42,925 nucleotides of DNA from Pseudomonadota bacterium (GTDB lineage: Bacteria > Pseudomonadota > Alphaproteobacteria > Rhodospirillales > Rhodospirillaceae), in contig JAEWWF010000386.1 in the NCBI GenBank assembly GCA_023396465.1, positions 1 to 42,925 on the forward strand, read 5' to 3'. Shown piece after piece: positions 12,607-23,312 of the stretch; within the stretch, counting starts at the first letter, position 1; each line of letters begins with the position of its first letter. Made by a program: the position numbers and the translations under genes. The notes under the pieces are model-generated. The model saw only the letters and a list, made by a program, of their open reading frames with translations, was not told the DNA's origin and searched no databases.

Positions 12607-13335
12607 TCAATCCGTCAGGCGGTAATCGACGGTGGTGACCACCCGCAGGGTCTTCTCGATCTGGCGTTCCTCCATGATCCCCGGCGCCGGGTCGCGCGGC
12701 AGGATCTGGAACAGGCCCTGGCTGGCCTGCTGGATGGCGCCAAGCTGACTGCCTGAATCGCGGGCGAATTGATCGGCGGTGGCGCGGGCGTTGGCCGTCG
12801 CCTCGGCGATCATCGCCGGCTTGACGTCGTTCAGGCGGGTGAACAGGAAGATCGGCGCCGTGCCGGTCATGTTCTCCGACGAGATGACGACGCCGCGATT
12901 GACCAGATCGCCCACCTTCTGGCTGGCCTCGAACACCCGCTGCACCTCGGTGGAGCGCACCAGCAGCGTCTGGGCGACGATGAAACGGCTCTCGACGGGG
13001 CCGGAGCGGTAGGGCTGCGCCAGCAGATCGGTGACCTCCAGTCCCTGCACCTGGATTTCGCCGCTGCCGATGCCGTTGGCCTCCAGGAAGTCGCGCACGG
13101 CGGCGGCGTCGTCGGTGATGGTGCTCTGGACCTCGGTCAGCGAGTCGCCGGTGACGACGAAGCGCAGCGGCCACAGGGCGAGGTCGGCCGAGACCGGACG
13201 CTCCGCCAGTCCCTTCACCGACACCACGCGCGGCGCCTCGCGGCCTTGCCAGAAGCCCCAGCCGACGAAGGCGCCGGCGGCGGCCACGCCCACGGCCAGC
13301 AGGCCGGCGGCGAAAAGGGAGGAGCGGACGGTCAT
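12607..13335 (-). CDS. SIMPL (DUF541) domain periplasmic protein
   Basis: N-terminal TM, VSVKGLAERPVSADLALW, KPAMIAEATANAR..A.QFARDSGS.LG.I..ASQG.FQI and KTLRVVTTVDY. Confidence 0.85.
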   Translation of the reverse strand: MTVRSSLFAAGLLAVGVAAAGAFVGWGFWQGREAPRVVSVKGLAERPVSADLALWPLRFVVTGDSLTEVQSTITDDAAAVRDFLEANGIGSGEIQVQGLEVTDLLAQPYRSGPVESRFIVAQTLLVRSTEVQRVFEASQKVGDLVNRGVVISSENMTGTAPIFLFTRLNDVKPAMIAEATANARATADQFARDSGSQLGAIQQASQGLFQILPRDPAPGIMEERQIEKTLRVVTTVDYRLTD

Positions 13336-13421
13336 GATGATCCTCGGACGTTGACTGTCCAATGACCGTGCCACGCCAAGATGGCGCATCCAAGGCGAAG
13401 GCGGGGTGGTTTGATGGTCTG

Positions 13422-14030
13422 TCAGTCGCGGGCCGGCGTGCCAGCCAGCACATGGGCGGCGCAGGTACGGCCGTCGATGGTGGTCGCATCCACCGGGCGC
13501 ACCGCCACATGCGCCACCTGCAACCCGCCGCCAGGGCCGTCGGGATAGAGCACGAGATCGAGGACGCAGGCGCCGGTGCGGTACTGCCACACCTCCGCCG
13601 GCGGTTCACGGCGGCGGAGGGTGGCATCGCCCAGGGCGGCCTGCACGACGGTCGCCTCGCCGCCCACCCAGCGGGCGGGATCGGGCGCCCGGCGGGTATC
13701 AAGGGGTTTGCGCGCCTGCCGCTGCTGTGGCGGTGCTGACATGGTCGCCATCCGTGGCGCCGGCATGGCGGCCAGCGCCAGGGCCTCGGCGGCCGGTTCC
13801 GGCGGTGCTTCGACCATCGGCGCTGCCTTCGCCGCTGCCTTCGCCGCTGCCTTCGCCGCTGCCTGGGGGGACGCGGCCGGTTCCGGGCGCGGCGCGCGGG
13901 GCGCGCGCGGCGTGCCGCTGATCAGCACTTCGCTGCCATCGGCCTGCAACACCCGCACCGGCCGTTCGGTGGTGCAGGCGGAGAGAAGGGCGGCGGCGGC
14001 CGCCGCCAGCAGCAGGGCAGGGCGATGCAT
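13422..14030 (-). CDS. lipoprotein with an Ala/Pro-rich linker and a small C-terminal domain
   Basis: Lipobox LLSA-C and C-terminal LGDATLRRREPPAEVWQYRTGACVLDLVLY. The start overlaps the upstream stop (TGATG). Confidence 0.75.
   Translation of the reverse strand: MHRPALLLAAAAAALLSACTTERPVRVLQADGSEVLISGTPRAPRAPRPEPAASPQAAAKAAAKAAAKAAPMVEAPPEPAAEALALAAMPAPRMATMSAPPQQRQARKPLDTRRAPDPARWVGGEATVVQAALGDATLRRREPPAEVWQYRTGACVLDLVLYPDGPGGGLQVAHVAVRPVDATTIDGRTCAAHVLAGTPARD
13821..13864. repeat. 12-bp tandem repeat (cgctgccttcgc) x3.7 encoding AAAK repeats
   Basis: Three perfect copies plus 8 nt, in frame within the lipoprotein linker. Confidence 0.9.
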
Positions 14031-14737
14031 CAGCGCGATCCTCCGGCGGGGGCTGTCAGCAACCCGTTGCGCTGCAACAGGCGGGTGACGACATGGGTCA
14101 TGGCGGCGGTGCCGACCACCGGCGCGACGATGTTCACGAAGGGCACCGTCGACAGGAAGGTGATGATGACGCCGGCCAGCCACAGCCGCCCCATGTATTG
14201 CCTGCGCAAGGCCCGCGCCGTCGGCGGATCGACCCGCCGCAGGGCCACCACCTCGAAATACTCCCGCGACAGCAGATAGCCGTTTAGGCCGTAGAACAGC
14301 ACCGCCGAAGCCGGCGGCAGCAGCATCAGGAACAGGTAGAGCGGCAGCGCCACCAGGTTGAGGCCGACCATGACGGTGGCGAACTTGATGGTGGTGCCAA
14401 GCACCTCGGTCAGCGGCTGTTCGCGATTGACGGGCAGGCCGGGATAATGGCGATCCTCCACCGCGTCGGCCACCTGCTCCAGGAAGAAGCCGATGACCAG
14501 CGTCGCCAGCGCCGGGAAGAACAGCAGCGTCAGCACGAACACGGCGACGCCGCCCAGCACGTCAACCAGTGCATCCACCCACGGCAGGGTCACCAGGGCG
14601 GTGGAACTGAGCCCCCACCACAGACCCACCGCCAGCAGGACGTAGACCACCAGCGCGGCCACCAGACCGAGCAGCACCACCGACCGCATGCGCGGGTCGG
14701 GCAACTGGGCGAAGGCTTTGACGAAGGCGTCAATCAC
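14030..14737 (-). CDS. EI24/CysZ-like membrane protein
   Basis: FLEQVADAVEDRHYP, NGYLLSREYFEVVALRR and VPFVNIVAPV; multiple TM helices. Confidence 0.85.
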   Translation of the reverse strand: MIDAFVKAFAQLPDPRMRSVVLLGLVAALVVYVLLAVGLWWGLSSTALVTLPWVDALVDVLGGVAVFVLTLLFFPALATLVIGFFLEQVADAVEDRHYPGLPVNREQPLTEVLGTTIKFATVMVGLNLVALPLYLFLMLLPPASAVLFYGLNGYLLSREYFEVVALRRVDPPTARALRRQYMGRLWLAGVIITFLSTVPFVNIVAPVVGTAAMTHVVTRLLQRNGLLTAPAGGSR

Positions 14738-14809
14738 GGGTACCGGTCCTCAGTTCTGCCGCGGGCGCCCTCAGCATCGCCGCCTGCGGTTGCGTGTCAA
14801 GGGGGCTGG

Positions 14810-14838
14810 CGCCGGCATCCCCGCCGGGGGTGCCGGCG
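14810..14838 (-). terminator. hairpin downstream of holA
   Basis: cgccggcatcccc-gcc-gggggtgccggcg inverted repeat; weak U-tract. Confidence 0.4.
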
Positions 14839-14846
14839 TGACAGCA

Positions 14847-15872
14847 TCACCGCCGGGCGCCGGCGGCGCGGGCCACCTGCATGAGGGCGCGGGCGCACAT
14901 TTCCTCCGCCGGCAGGCCGGTGGATTTGCAGTCGATTTCCGCCTCCAGCAGCAGGTCCAGCGCCTGGCCGATGAGCGGCACCGTCCACCGCCGCATCTGC
15001 GCCTTGAAGCGGTCGGCGACCTTGAAGAACACCGGCGGGCGCAACCCGCTGACTGCTTGGTCGGGGCTCTTGCCGGCCTCCACCGCCCCGACCGCCAGAT
15101 GCAGCCGCTGGAAATGGCGTTGCAGGGTGCGCAGCACGCCGACCGGATTGGTGCCCTCGCGGTAGAGGCGATCGAGGATGCGTTGGGCGGTGGCATTGTC
15201 GCCATCGGCGACGGCATGGCACAGGTCATCCAGGCCGAGCGCCGCCGTGTCGCCGATGCAGGCGGCGGCGTCGGCCAGCGTCACCTCGCCCTGGCCGCCC
15301 TTGTAGAGCACCAGCTTGTCCAACTCGGAGCGGATCAACTGGCGGTCGCTGCCCAGGTGCGACAGCAGAAACCCCATGGCATCGGGCGTGGCGCTGAGGC
15401 CGGCGCCACGCAGCACGTCGCGCACCAGGGTTTCCAGGCCGGCGCCTTCGTCGGCATAGCACGGCAGGGCGGCGGCCTCGTCGGCGCCCTCGCACAGCTT
15501 GCGCAGGGCGGATGTCTTGGGCAGATCGCCGGCTTGCAGGATGATCAGCGCCTCGCCCTTGCCGTCTTCCAGAAAGCTCTTGAGGCGGGGGGCCACCGCG
15601 TCGGCGGCGTCGCGCAGGCGCACCACCCGGCGGCCGCCGGTCAGCGACAGGGCGGCGGCCTCGTCGGTCAGCCGGGCGGGGTCGGCCTTGAGATCGTCGG
15701 GGGTGAGATCGGCGACGCGGAAGGGGTCCTGCGGGTCGTCCACCACGGTCCGCACCAGCCGTTCGGCCCGCTCGCGCACCAGCCCGGCATCGGGGCCGTA
15801 GACCAGCACCGCGCGGATCTTCGGGTCGGGCCGGGCGACGAAGGCCTCGATACGCCCGCCCTGGAGCTTCAT
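14847..15872 (-). CDS. holA: DNA polymerase III delta subunit
   Basis: AVLVYGPDAGLVRERA, DPARLTDEA, RSELDKLVLY and RPPVFFK; follows leuS-lptE with an ATGA overlap. Confidence 0.93.
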   Translation of the reverse strand: MKLQGGRIEAFVARPDPKIRAVLVYGPDAGLVRERAERLVRTVVDDPQDPFRVADLTPDDLKADPARLTDEAAALSLTGGRRVVRLRDAADAVAPRLKSFLEDGKGEALIILQAGDLPKTSALRKLCEGADEAAALPCYADEGAGLETLVRDVLRGAGLSATPDAMGFLLSHLGSDRQLIRSELDKLVLYKGGQGEVTLADAAACIGDTAALGLDDLCHAVADGDNATAQRILDRLYREGTNPVGVLRTLQRHFQRLHLAVGAVEAGKSPDQAVSGLRPPVFFKVADRFKAQMRRWTVPLIGQALDLLLEAEIDCKSTGLPAEEMCARALMQVARAAGARR

Positions 15873-16387
15873 CCGGCCGCCTTCTGGCCGGACAGATACA
15901 CCGACACGCGGGTGATGATCCGTTGCGCCAGATCGCGGGCGGCGCGCGACTCGGCATCTTCCTTGGAGATGATGGTCGAATACTGATTGTCGAGGATGTT
16001 GTAGCTGGAGGTGGTGCCCATGGTGTCGCGCAGCACCGGCTTGCCGTCCTTCAGCAGGGCGAAACTGGCCCGCATCTCGATGTTGGCGCGGGTGGCGGTG
16101 GCATCCTTGAGGATACCCAACTCGCGGTTCTGGACGGCGACCGTCACCTGCAAGGTGTAGACCTTGGATTGGCTGGGGCCGGCGGCGGTCACCGCCCGCT
16201 CCATCTCGTTGCGCATGATCTGGCCGTGGCGTTCGGCGATGGGCGCGACGAACACCTTGGCCAGTTCCGCCGCGACCGCGCCGGAGCGGCTGCCGCCGCC
16301 ATACAGCGGACGGTAGCCGCAAGCGGCGGTGAGGGACGCGAGGCCGGCTGCCGCCAGGCCCCGCAGGATCATGCGTCGTGTCACCAT
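15869..16387 (-). CDS. lptE: LPS assembly lipoprotein
   Basis: Lipobox LTAA-CGYRPLYG; conserved position between leuS and holA. Confidence 0.88.
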   Translation of the reverse strand: MVTRRMILRGLAAAGLASLTAACGYRPLYGGGSRSGAVAAELAKVFVAPIAERHGQIMRNEMERAVTAAGPSQSKVYTLQVTVAVQNRELGILKDATATRANIEMRASFALLKDGKPVLRDTMGTTSSYNILDNQYSTIISKEDAESRAARDLAQRIITRVSVYLSGQKAAG

Positions 16388-16406
16388 GCCGGTGCGGTTC
16401 CCCCTG

Positions 16407-19019
16407 TCAGGCCACGATGTTGACGATCTTGCCCGGCACCACGATCACCTTGCGTGGCGCCTTGCCCTCCAACTGCTGCTGCACGTTGGGCAGGGCCAGG
16501 GCGGCGGCTTCGGCTTCGTCCTTCGGGCAGTCCTTGGGCAACTCGATGGTGCCGCGCAGCTTGCCGTTGACCTGCACCGCCACCGTGACGGTATCGTCCA
16601 CCAGCATGGCGGGATCGGCTTTCGGCCAGGGGTTTTCGGCCAGGATGGTGGCGTGGCCGAGGTGCTGCCACAGCTCCTCGGTGATGTGCGGTGTCATCGG
16701 GTTGAGCAGCCGCACCACCGTTTCCAGGGCGAATCGCACCGCCGCGCCGTCGGTTTTGGCCGGCTCCTTCACCGCATCGCCGATGGCGTTGGTCAGTTCG
16801 CGCAGCTTGGCGACGGCGGTGTTGAAGCGCAGGGCGTCCAGATCGTCGGTGACGCCGGCCACCGTCTTGTGGGCGGCCCGCACCAAGGGCAGGCCCGCGG
16901 CCGGCAGCGGATCGGGCAGCGCGACGCCGGCGGCGCCGAGGTCGATGCCGGAGTCGGTCACCAGCCGCCACAGGCGGTTGAGGTAGCGCCACGCCCCTTC
17001 GATGCCGGCATCCGACCAGTCCAGATCGCGGTCCGGCGGGCTGTCGGACAGCATGAACAGGCGGGCGGCATCGGCACCGTAGGTGTCGATGATGCGGGTC
17101 GGGTCGACGGTGTTCTTCTTCGACTTCGACATCTTTTCCGACCGGCCGACGGTGATCGGCGCGCCGTCGGACAGGCGGCGGGCGGTGCCGTCGGCCAGCT
17201 TCTCCACGTCACCCGGCTCGACCCACTTGCCGGCCTGGTCCTTGTAGGTCTCGTGGTTGATCATGCCCTGGGTGAACAGGCCGTCGAACGGCTCCGCCAC
17301 GTCCAGGTAGCCGCAGTCGCGCAGGGCGCGGGTGAAGAAGCGCGAGTACAGCAGGTGCAGCACCGCATGCTCGATGCCGCCGATGTACTGGTCCACCGCC
17401 AGCCAGTAGCCGGCCTTGTCCTTGCCGAAGCCCGCCGTCTCGTTCTTCGGGTCGGCGAAGCGGGCGAAATACCACGACGATTCGAAGAAGGTGTCGAAGG
17501 TGTCGGTTTCGCGCCGCGCCGGCTTGCCGCAGGTCGGGCAGTCGACGTGCTTCCAGGTCGGGTGATGGTCGAGCGGGTTGCCCGGCTTGTCGAAGGTGAC
17601 ATCCTCGGGCAGCGTCACCGGCAGCTGGTCTTCCGGCACCGGCACGATGCCGCACGAGTCGCAGTGGATGACCGGCACCGGGCAGCCCCAGTAGCGTTGA
17701 CGCGACACGCCCCAGTCGCGCAGGCGGAACTGCACCGTGCCCTTGCCCTTGCCAAGCTCTTCCAGGCGGGCGATGGCGGCGCGCTTGGCCTCGGTGGTGC
17801 CCAGGCCGTCAAGAAAGCCCGAGTTGACGGCGACGCCGGCCTCGGTGAAGGCATCGCTGGCGGTTTCCGCCAGCTCCTTGGAGAACGCGGCGATGTCGGC
17901 GTCCTTCGGCGCCACCACGGCGCGCACCGGCAGGCCGTACTTGCGGGCGAAATCCATGTCGCGCTGGTCGTGGCCGGGGCAGGCGAAGATGGCGCCGGTG
18001 CCGTAGTCCATTAGCACGAAGTTGGCCACCCACAGCGGCAGTTCCCAACTGGGGTCGAGCGGGTGGCGCACCGTCAGGCCGGTGTCGAAGCCCTTCTTCT
18101 CCGCCGTCTCGATGGCCTCTTCCGAGGTGCCGATGCGGTCGCACTCGGCAATGAACTCGACGAGTCGGGGGTCGCGTTCGGCCAGGGCGCGGGTCAGCGG
18201 GTGGTGCGGCGACAGGGCGACGAAGCTGGCGCCGAACAGGGTGTCGGGGCGGGTGGTGAAGACCTCCACCTGCGCCTCGCCATGGCCGGCCACCGGCGCC
18301 GCCAGATCGAAGAATACCCGCGCCCCTTCCGACTTGCCGATCCAGTTTGCCTGCATGGTGCGGACTTTTTCCGGCCAGCGCGGCAGGCCGTCGAGGGCCG
18401 CCAGCAGGTCGTCGGCGTAGTGGGTGATCTTGAGGAACCACTGGTTCAGCTCGCGCCGTTCCACCGGGGCGCCGGAGCGCCAGCCCTTGCCGTCGATCAC
18501 CTGCTCGTTGGCGAGCACGGTGTTCTCCACCGGATCCCAGTTGACCCAGCTGCGCTTGCGGTAGGCGAGCCCGGCCTTGAGGAAATCCAGGAACATCTTC
18601 TGTTCGTGGCGGTAGTATTCCGGCTCGCAGGTGGAGACCTCACGCGACCAGTCGATGGACAGGCCCATGGGCTTGAACTGCTCGCGCATGGCGGCGATGT
18701 TCTCGCGCGTCCACTTGCCGGGGTGGACGCCGCGCTCGATGGCGGCGTTTTCCGCCGGCAGGCCGAAGGCGTCCCAGCCCATGGGATGCAGCACGTTGAA
18801 GCCCTGCGCCCGCTTGGCCCGCGCCACCACGTCGCCGAGGGTGTAGTTGCGCACGTGGCCCATGTGGATGCGCCCCGACGGGTAGGGGAACATCTCCAGC
18901 ACGTAATACTTGGGCCGGGAGGCATCCTCGGTCGCCAGGAACGCCTGGCGGTTCTCCCACACGCGCTGCCACTTTTCCTCGGTTTCCTTGACGTTGTAGC
19001 GGTCGTCGGAGCGCGACAT
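16407..19019 (-). CDS. leuS: leucine--tRNA ligase
   Basis: [13 protein letters not shown] (HIGH), editing-domain [16 protein letters not shown] and [15 protein letters not shown]. Confidence 0.99.
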   Translation of the reverse strand: MSRSDDRYNVKETEEKWQRVWENRQAFLATEDASRPKYYVLEMFPYPSGRIHMGHVRNYTLGDVVARAKRAQGFNVLHPMGWDAFGLPAENAAIERGVHPGKWTRENIAAMREQFKPMGLSIDWSREVSTCEPEYYRHEQKMFLDFLKAGLAYRKRSWVNWDPVENTVLANEQVIDGKGWRSGAPVERRELNQWFLKITHYADDLLAALDGLPRWPEKVRTMQANWIGKSEGARVFFDLAAPVAGHGEAQVEVFTTRPDTLFGASFVALSPHHPLTRALAERDPRLVEFIAECDRIGTSEEAIETAEKKGFDTGLTVRHPLDPSWELPLWVANFVLMDYGTGAIFACPGHDQRDMDFARKYGLPVRAVVAPKDADIAAFSKELAETASDAFTEAGVAVNSGFLDGLGTTEAKRAAIARLEELGKGKGTVQFRLRDWGVSRQRYWGCPVPVIHCDSCGIVPVPEDQLPVTLPEDVTFDKPGNPLDHHPTWKHVDCPTCGKPARRETDTFDTFFESSWYFARFADPKNETAGFGKDKAGYWLAVDQYIGGIEHAVLHLLYSRFFTRALRDCGYLDVAEPFDGLFTQGMINHETYKDQAGKWVEPGDVEKLADGTARRLSDGAPITVGRSEKMSKSKKNTVDPTRIIDTYGADAARLFMLSDSPPDRDLDWSDAGIEGAWRYLNRLWRLVTDSGIDLGAAGVALPDPLPAAGLPLVRAAHKTVAGVTDDLDALRFNTAVAKLRELTNAIGDAVKEPAKTDGAAVRFALETVVRLLNPMTPHITEELWQHLGHATILAENPWPKADPAMLVDDTVTVAVQVNGKLRGTIELPKDCPKDEAEAAALALPNVQQQLEGKAPRKVIVVPGKIVNIVA

Positions 19020-19158
19020 CGGCTTGCTCGTCCTGCTTCTTGATCTTTGAGTCGAAAGGACGCCGCCGGCCCCGCGGATGGGGCCCGGCGGCGCCGGAGG
19101 GGCTAGGCGGCGGCCGGCGCCCGGGACCGTGACGGACCCGGCGCCGGCCGTCCGGCCA

Positions 19159-19740
19159 TCACTTCTCGTTGGAGGCGATGCGCAGCTGGCGGGCGCGGGT
19201 CAGTACCGCGTCCTCCATCTCGCCGGCAACACCCGGCGCCACCGGCGCATCCACCCAATTGCCCATGGGGTCGCGCACCTGGCGGAACACGTTCACCCGC
19301 ACGCCATCGGCGCGCAGCTCGCGGCCAAGGATGAAGATGTTGGCCTTGAAGCGCTCGCCCTGGGTGGCCGGGTCGGCGTACCAGTCGGTGATGATGACGC
19401 CGCCGAATGGGTCGGCCGAGACCAGCGGCATGAACGCCACCGTATCGAGGGAGGCGCGCCACAGCCAGGCATTGACGCCGATGCCGGTGCCGCCGCCCTG
19501 ATCCTTGCTGTCGCCGCCGCCGCCGAACAGGCCGCCCTGGCCGAAGATGGTGTCACGCTCCTGCTCGCTCTGGCCCGGCTTCACCATGCGATAGGTGCCG
19601 CCCGGCTCGTTGCGGTAGCGCTTGTCTTCGGGGAAAACCGTCTCCGTCTGCCCGCAGGCGGACAGAACGACGGTGGCGGCCAGTGCGGTCGCCACGGCCT
19701 TGAGGGCGGTACGGCCGGAAGCGCGGTAAGTGCCCGTCAT
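19159..19740 (-). CDS. DUF3576 family lipoprotein
   Basis: Lipobox VLSA-C and [35 protein letters not shown]; usual position upstream of leuS. Confidence 0.88.
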   Translation of the reverse strand: MTGTYRASGRTALKAVATALAATVVLSACGQTETVFPEDKRYRNEPGGTYRMVKPGQSEQERDTIFGQGGLFGGGGDSKDQGGGTGIGVNAWLWRASLDTVAFMPLVSADPFGGVIITDWYADPATQGERFKANIFILGRELRADGVRVNVFRQVRDPMGNWVDAPVAPGVAGEMEDAVLTRARQLRIASNEK

Positions 19741-20051
19741 GAACCCTTCTCTCGTATCCATCGGTCTCGTGCGCCGCCGGAGCGGCGGACGCGGCGGCGC
19801 CTTGAGTGGCGCGGCGGGCACCTTTATACCCTGCGGCGGGCCCTGGTGCGAGCCCCCCGTCACCGCTGTCATTGTTGCAATGAGGTCACAGTGTGCGACA
19901 AACGACACGATCGAAGGGGGCAATGAATTGACCTTTAGCCGTACCCATGGCTTCCTTTGCCTCGACCCGCAGATGGTGTGCCCCCGGGGCGGCCGGGCGG
20001 GATTTCAAAGTTTCGGCTTTGCCAGAATTTGCGAGAGAGAAGGAAGTCACC

Positions 20052-21095
20052 ATGAAGAAGGTTCTGCTTGGCACCTCCGCGCTGATCGCGGCTGGTCTCC
20101 TGGCTGCCCCGGCTTCCGCCGCCGAGAAGATCAAGCTCGGCCTGGGCGGTAAGATGGAGCAGTACTTCGGCGTCATTTCGACCGAAGACACCGCCACCAC
20201 CGATTGGACCTCGACCGGCATTTGGACCGACACCGAAGTCTACTTCAGCGGTGCCACCACCCTGGACAATGGCCTGACCGTCGGCGCCATGATCCAGCTG
20301 GAGTCCCAGACCAACACCGGTACCCCGAACGCCGATGAGCAGTATGCTTACATCGAAGGCGCCTTCGGTAAGATCCAGGCCGGTCAGAAGGACGGCGTGT
20401 TCGCCCAGATGGCGCACATCGCTCCGCTGGTTGGCTTCGCCGCCGGTGACTTCGCTGCTTTCGTTCCGGACACCGGTGCCTACAACGGCATGCAGGTCGT
20501 CGACACCACCCTGTCCGACGACGGCGCCCGTGTGAACTACATCTCCCCGAGCCTGTCCGGCTTCAGCCTCGGTCTGTCGTTCGCCCCGAACCCCGGTGGC
20601 GCTCTCCAGGCGAACACCGAAGCCGCCACCGGCCAGCACAACGAGTGGCAGGCCGCTGTCGCCTACAACGGCGAAATCGGTGGCGTCGGCATCGGCGCTG
20701 ACGTCGGCTACGTCGGTTCCTCGGGCAACAGCACCGAGCAGGACCAGGACGCCTGGCGCGCCGGTCTGGTGGTCAGCTACGCCGGCTTCGCCATCGGCGG
20801 TAGCTACATGAAGGTGGACGACGTCAACGGCGCCAACAACGTCGACCTGACCGTGTGGGACGCCGGCCTGTCCTACACCACCGGCCCCTACGCCGTTGGT
20901 CTGACCTACCACACCAGCGACCTCGACACCGCCCTGGACGAAGAGTACCAGCAGGTGATCCTCTCCGGCTCCTACGCCATGGGCCCGGGCGTGAAGCTCG
21001 TCGCCAGCGGCTTCTGGGCCGAGACCGACGTCGACGGCACCAACAACGACGCTGACGCCTACGGCGCCATCGCCGGCCTGGCTCTGACGTTCTAA
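20052..21095 (+). CDS. outer membrane porin (alphaproteobacterial Gram-negative porin)
   Basis: Signal peptide MKKVLLGTSALIAAG, TTLDNGLTVG, alternating beta strands and a C-terminal Phe. Strongly biased codons suggest high expression. Confidence 0.93.
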   Translation: MKKVLLGTSALIAAGLLAAPASAAEKIKLGLGGKMEQYFGVISTEDTATTDWTSTGIWTDTEVYFSGATTLDNGLTVGAMIQLESQTNTGTPNADEQYAYIEGAFGKIQAGQKDGVFAQMAHIAPLVGFAAGDFAAFVPDTGAYNGMQVVDTTLSDDGARVNYISPSLSGFSLGLSFAPNPGGALQANTEAATGQHNEWQAAVAYNGEIGGVGIGADVGYVGSSGNSTEQDQDAWRAGLVVSYAGFAIGGSYMKVDDVNGANNVDLTVWDAGLSYTTGPYAVGLTYHTSDLDTALDEEYQQVILSGSYAMGPGVKLVASGFWAETDVDGTNNDADAYGAIAGLALTF

Positions 21096-21120
21096 GAACG
21101 GCTGCCAGTCAGTTGGAGGG

Positions 21121-21150
21121 AGGGAGCGACCCAGCGTCGCTCCCTTTCTT
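21121..21150 (+). terminator. intrinsic terminator of the porin gene
   Basis: agggagcgac-ccagc-gtcgctccct followed by ttcttt. Confidence 0.8.
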
Positions 21151-21162
21151 TATGCGTGGCGT

Positions 21163-21218
21163 CCATCACGTCAAAAGGCCCGGCTTCCTTGCGGAGGCCG
21201 GGCCTTTTGACGTGATGG
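21163..21218. terminator. long inverted repeat / bidirectional terminator
   Basis: Perfect 22-bp arms (ccatcacgtcaaaaggcccggc / gccgggccttttgacgtgatgg) and a GCAA loop on the minus strand. Confidence 0.75.
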
Positions 21219-21233
21219 CAGGGACGGGATGGT

Positions 21234-23312
21234 TCAGGCGCTGATCCCAAGCGCCTCCAGCAGCGGCCCGATGTGCGCCTCGTACTTGCGCCAACGCTCC
21301 ACCGATCCGGTGTAGATCGGCTGACGCACCTGCCAGACGCTGGCGGTCGAGACGGTGCGGGTGTTGGTGTGGAACGCGGCCATGGCCGGATGCCACTCCA
21401 GGCCCAGGTGTTCGATCATGCGGCGGCCCTGGGCCTCGTGATCGGCAACCACGTCCTCGTACACCACCTCCAGGATCGGCATCGGCGCCACCGCCGCCCA
21501 ATGCGCCATCAGCCGCTGGTACTGGCGGTAGAAATGGCCGAGGGATCGCAGGTCGTAGGCATAATCGTGCTGGCCGCCGAAATTCTGGAAGTAGATGGAC
21601 AGGCAGGTATCCACCGGATCGCGGCGGCAGTGGATCACCCGCGCCTTGGGGAACAGCAAGGCGATAAGGCCAAGGCGCTGCGAGTTGCCGGGCAGCTTGT
21701 CGGTGACGTGGCGGGCGCTCGCGTCGATTCGGTCGAGGTGCGCCAGATAGAGGTCGATGAACTCGCCCAGGGCCTCGCGCGGCAGCGATGCCAACGGCCC
21801 GGGATAGCCATGACGGCGTTTCACCATGCGCTCGATCAGGTTGAAGTCGGGCAGTTCGTCGCCGGCGGTGACATCGGGGTGGCTGGAAAGGATCTGTTCC
21901 ACCAGCGTCGTGCCCGATCGCGGCATGCCGAGGATCAGCGTCGGACGGGTCGAGTCGCTGCCCCAGTCGGCGCGGTCGGCGAAAACCTCGGGCGTGAAGG
22001 CCGCGATGACCGCCGAGACATAATCCTCGTAGGCGGCCGGGTTGTAGCGGCAGCGGGTGTTCTTCAGGGCGTTGCCCTGGGCGTAAAAGCCGAAGGCGGC
22101 GTCGGGGTCGCCGACGTCGTCATGGGCCTTGCCGAGGGCGAAGAACAGATCGACACGGTCGTCCAGATCAGCCGATTCGCGCGCCGCCGCCTCCTGCATC
22201 AGCGCCACCAGCGGATCGCCGAGGCGGATCTTGCCGGCCCGCGCCATGCCGCGCAGGGCGCGGGCACTGCCCGGGTCGGCGTCGAGCATGCCCTGGTAGA
22301 TGACCTTGGCGTCGGCGAATCGGCCCTCCCGCACGGCGATGTCGGCCGTCAGCAGCCGCATGCCGGGATGCTCGGGGGCGCGGGCGAGGAAATCGTCAAG
22401 GTGGGCGCGCGCCTCGGCGAATCGGCCCTGGGCGATGTTGGCCCGCACCAGATTTTCGTGAATCTCGCCGACCGGATCGCCCGCCGCCGCCGCCGCCCGC
22501 TCCGCCCATTCCAGCGCTTCCCGCGGCCGCAGCAGCATGTCGAGCAGCAGGGCGAGATTGTTCATGAAATGGGCGTTCTCGGGCAGGATGCGCAGGGCGG
22601 CGCGGTATTCCGCCTCCGCCTCCTCCAGCAGGTCCATCTGGTGCAGCAGCTTGCCGAGGTTGAAGCGGGTGTCGGCACTGTCCGGCGCCAATTCGACGGC
22701 ACGGCGGGCATGGACCAGGGCCTCGGCTTCACGCCCAAGGCCGCCGAGCAGGATGCCGAGGTTCATGTGCGGCTGCGCCGCCGTCGGCGCCAGGGTGACG
22801 CAGCGTTGCAGGATTTGCGCCGCCTCGCCGTGTTCGCCGCGCAGCATGAGGGCGGTGCCCAGGTTGTTCAGCGCCTCGGCGAAATCGGGGTTGAGGCGCA
22901 CCGCCTGGCGGAAACTGTCCTCAGCCTTCATGCGGTCGCCGGCTTTCTGTTGGCACCAGCCGAGCAGGTTCCAGGCCACCGCGTCGCGCTTGCGCGCCGC
23001 CACTGCCTTGCGCAACAGGTCTTCCGCCGTGGCGATGTCACCGAGGCTGATGTCGACCTTGGCGAGATTGACGAGGCAATCGGGGTCGCGCGGCGCTGTC
23101 GCCAGCGCCTTGCCCAGCAAATCGCGGGCCGGTTGCAGGTGCCCGGTCTGGGCGGCGATGAGGCCGAGGCCGGAGAGCGCCTGGGTGTTGCGCGGTTGCT
23201 GGGTCAGCGCCTGACGGTAGAGATGCTCGGCTGGTCCCAACCGTCCGGCCCGGTGATGAACCAGGGCCTGGGCGACGATGTCGGCTGCCGACGGGGCGAC
23301 TTTCTGAACCAT
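21234..23312 (-). CDS. TPR-repeat sulfotransferase family protein
   Basis: Many TPRs (AEALNNLG, AWNLLG, FNLG), the PAPS-binding loop ILGMPRSGTTLVEQIL, DKLPGN, RRDPVDTCLS and TASVWQVRQPIY. Confidence 0.92.
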   Translation of the reverse strand: MVQKVAPSAADIVAQALVHHRAGRLGPAEHLYRQALTQQPRNTQALSGLGLIAAQTGHLQPARDLLGKALATAPRDPDCLVNLAKVDISLGDIATAEDLLRKAVAARKRDAVAWNLLGWCQQKAGDRMKAEDSFRQAVRLNPDFAEALNNLGTALMLRGEHGEAAQILQRCVTLAPTAAQPHMNLGILLGGLGREAEALVHARRAVELAPDSADTRFNLGKLLHQMDLLEEAEAEYRAALRILPENAHFMNNLALLLDMLLRPREALEWAERAAAAAGDPVGEIHENLVRANIAQGRFAEARAHLDDFLARAPEHPGMRLLTADIAVREGRFADAKVIYQGMLDADPGSARALRGMARAGKIRLGDPLVALMQEAAARESADLDDRVDLFFALGKAHDDVGDPDAAFGFYAQGNALKNTRCRYNPAAYEDYVSAVIAAFTPEVFADRADWGSDSTRPTLILGMPRSGTTLVEQILSSHPDVTAGDELPDFNLIERMVKRRHGYPGPLASLPREALGEFIDLYLAHLDRIDASARHVTDKLPGNSQRLGLIALLFPKARVIHCRRDPVDTCLSIYFQNFGGQHDYAYDLRSLGHFYRQYQRLMAHWAAVAPMPILEVVYEDVVADHEAQGRRMIEHLGLEWHPAMAAFHTNTRTVSTASVWQVRQPIYTGSVERWRKYEAHIGPLLEALGISA

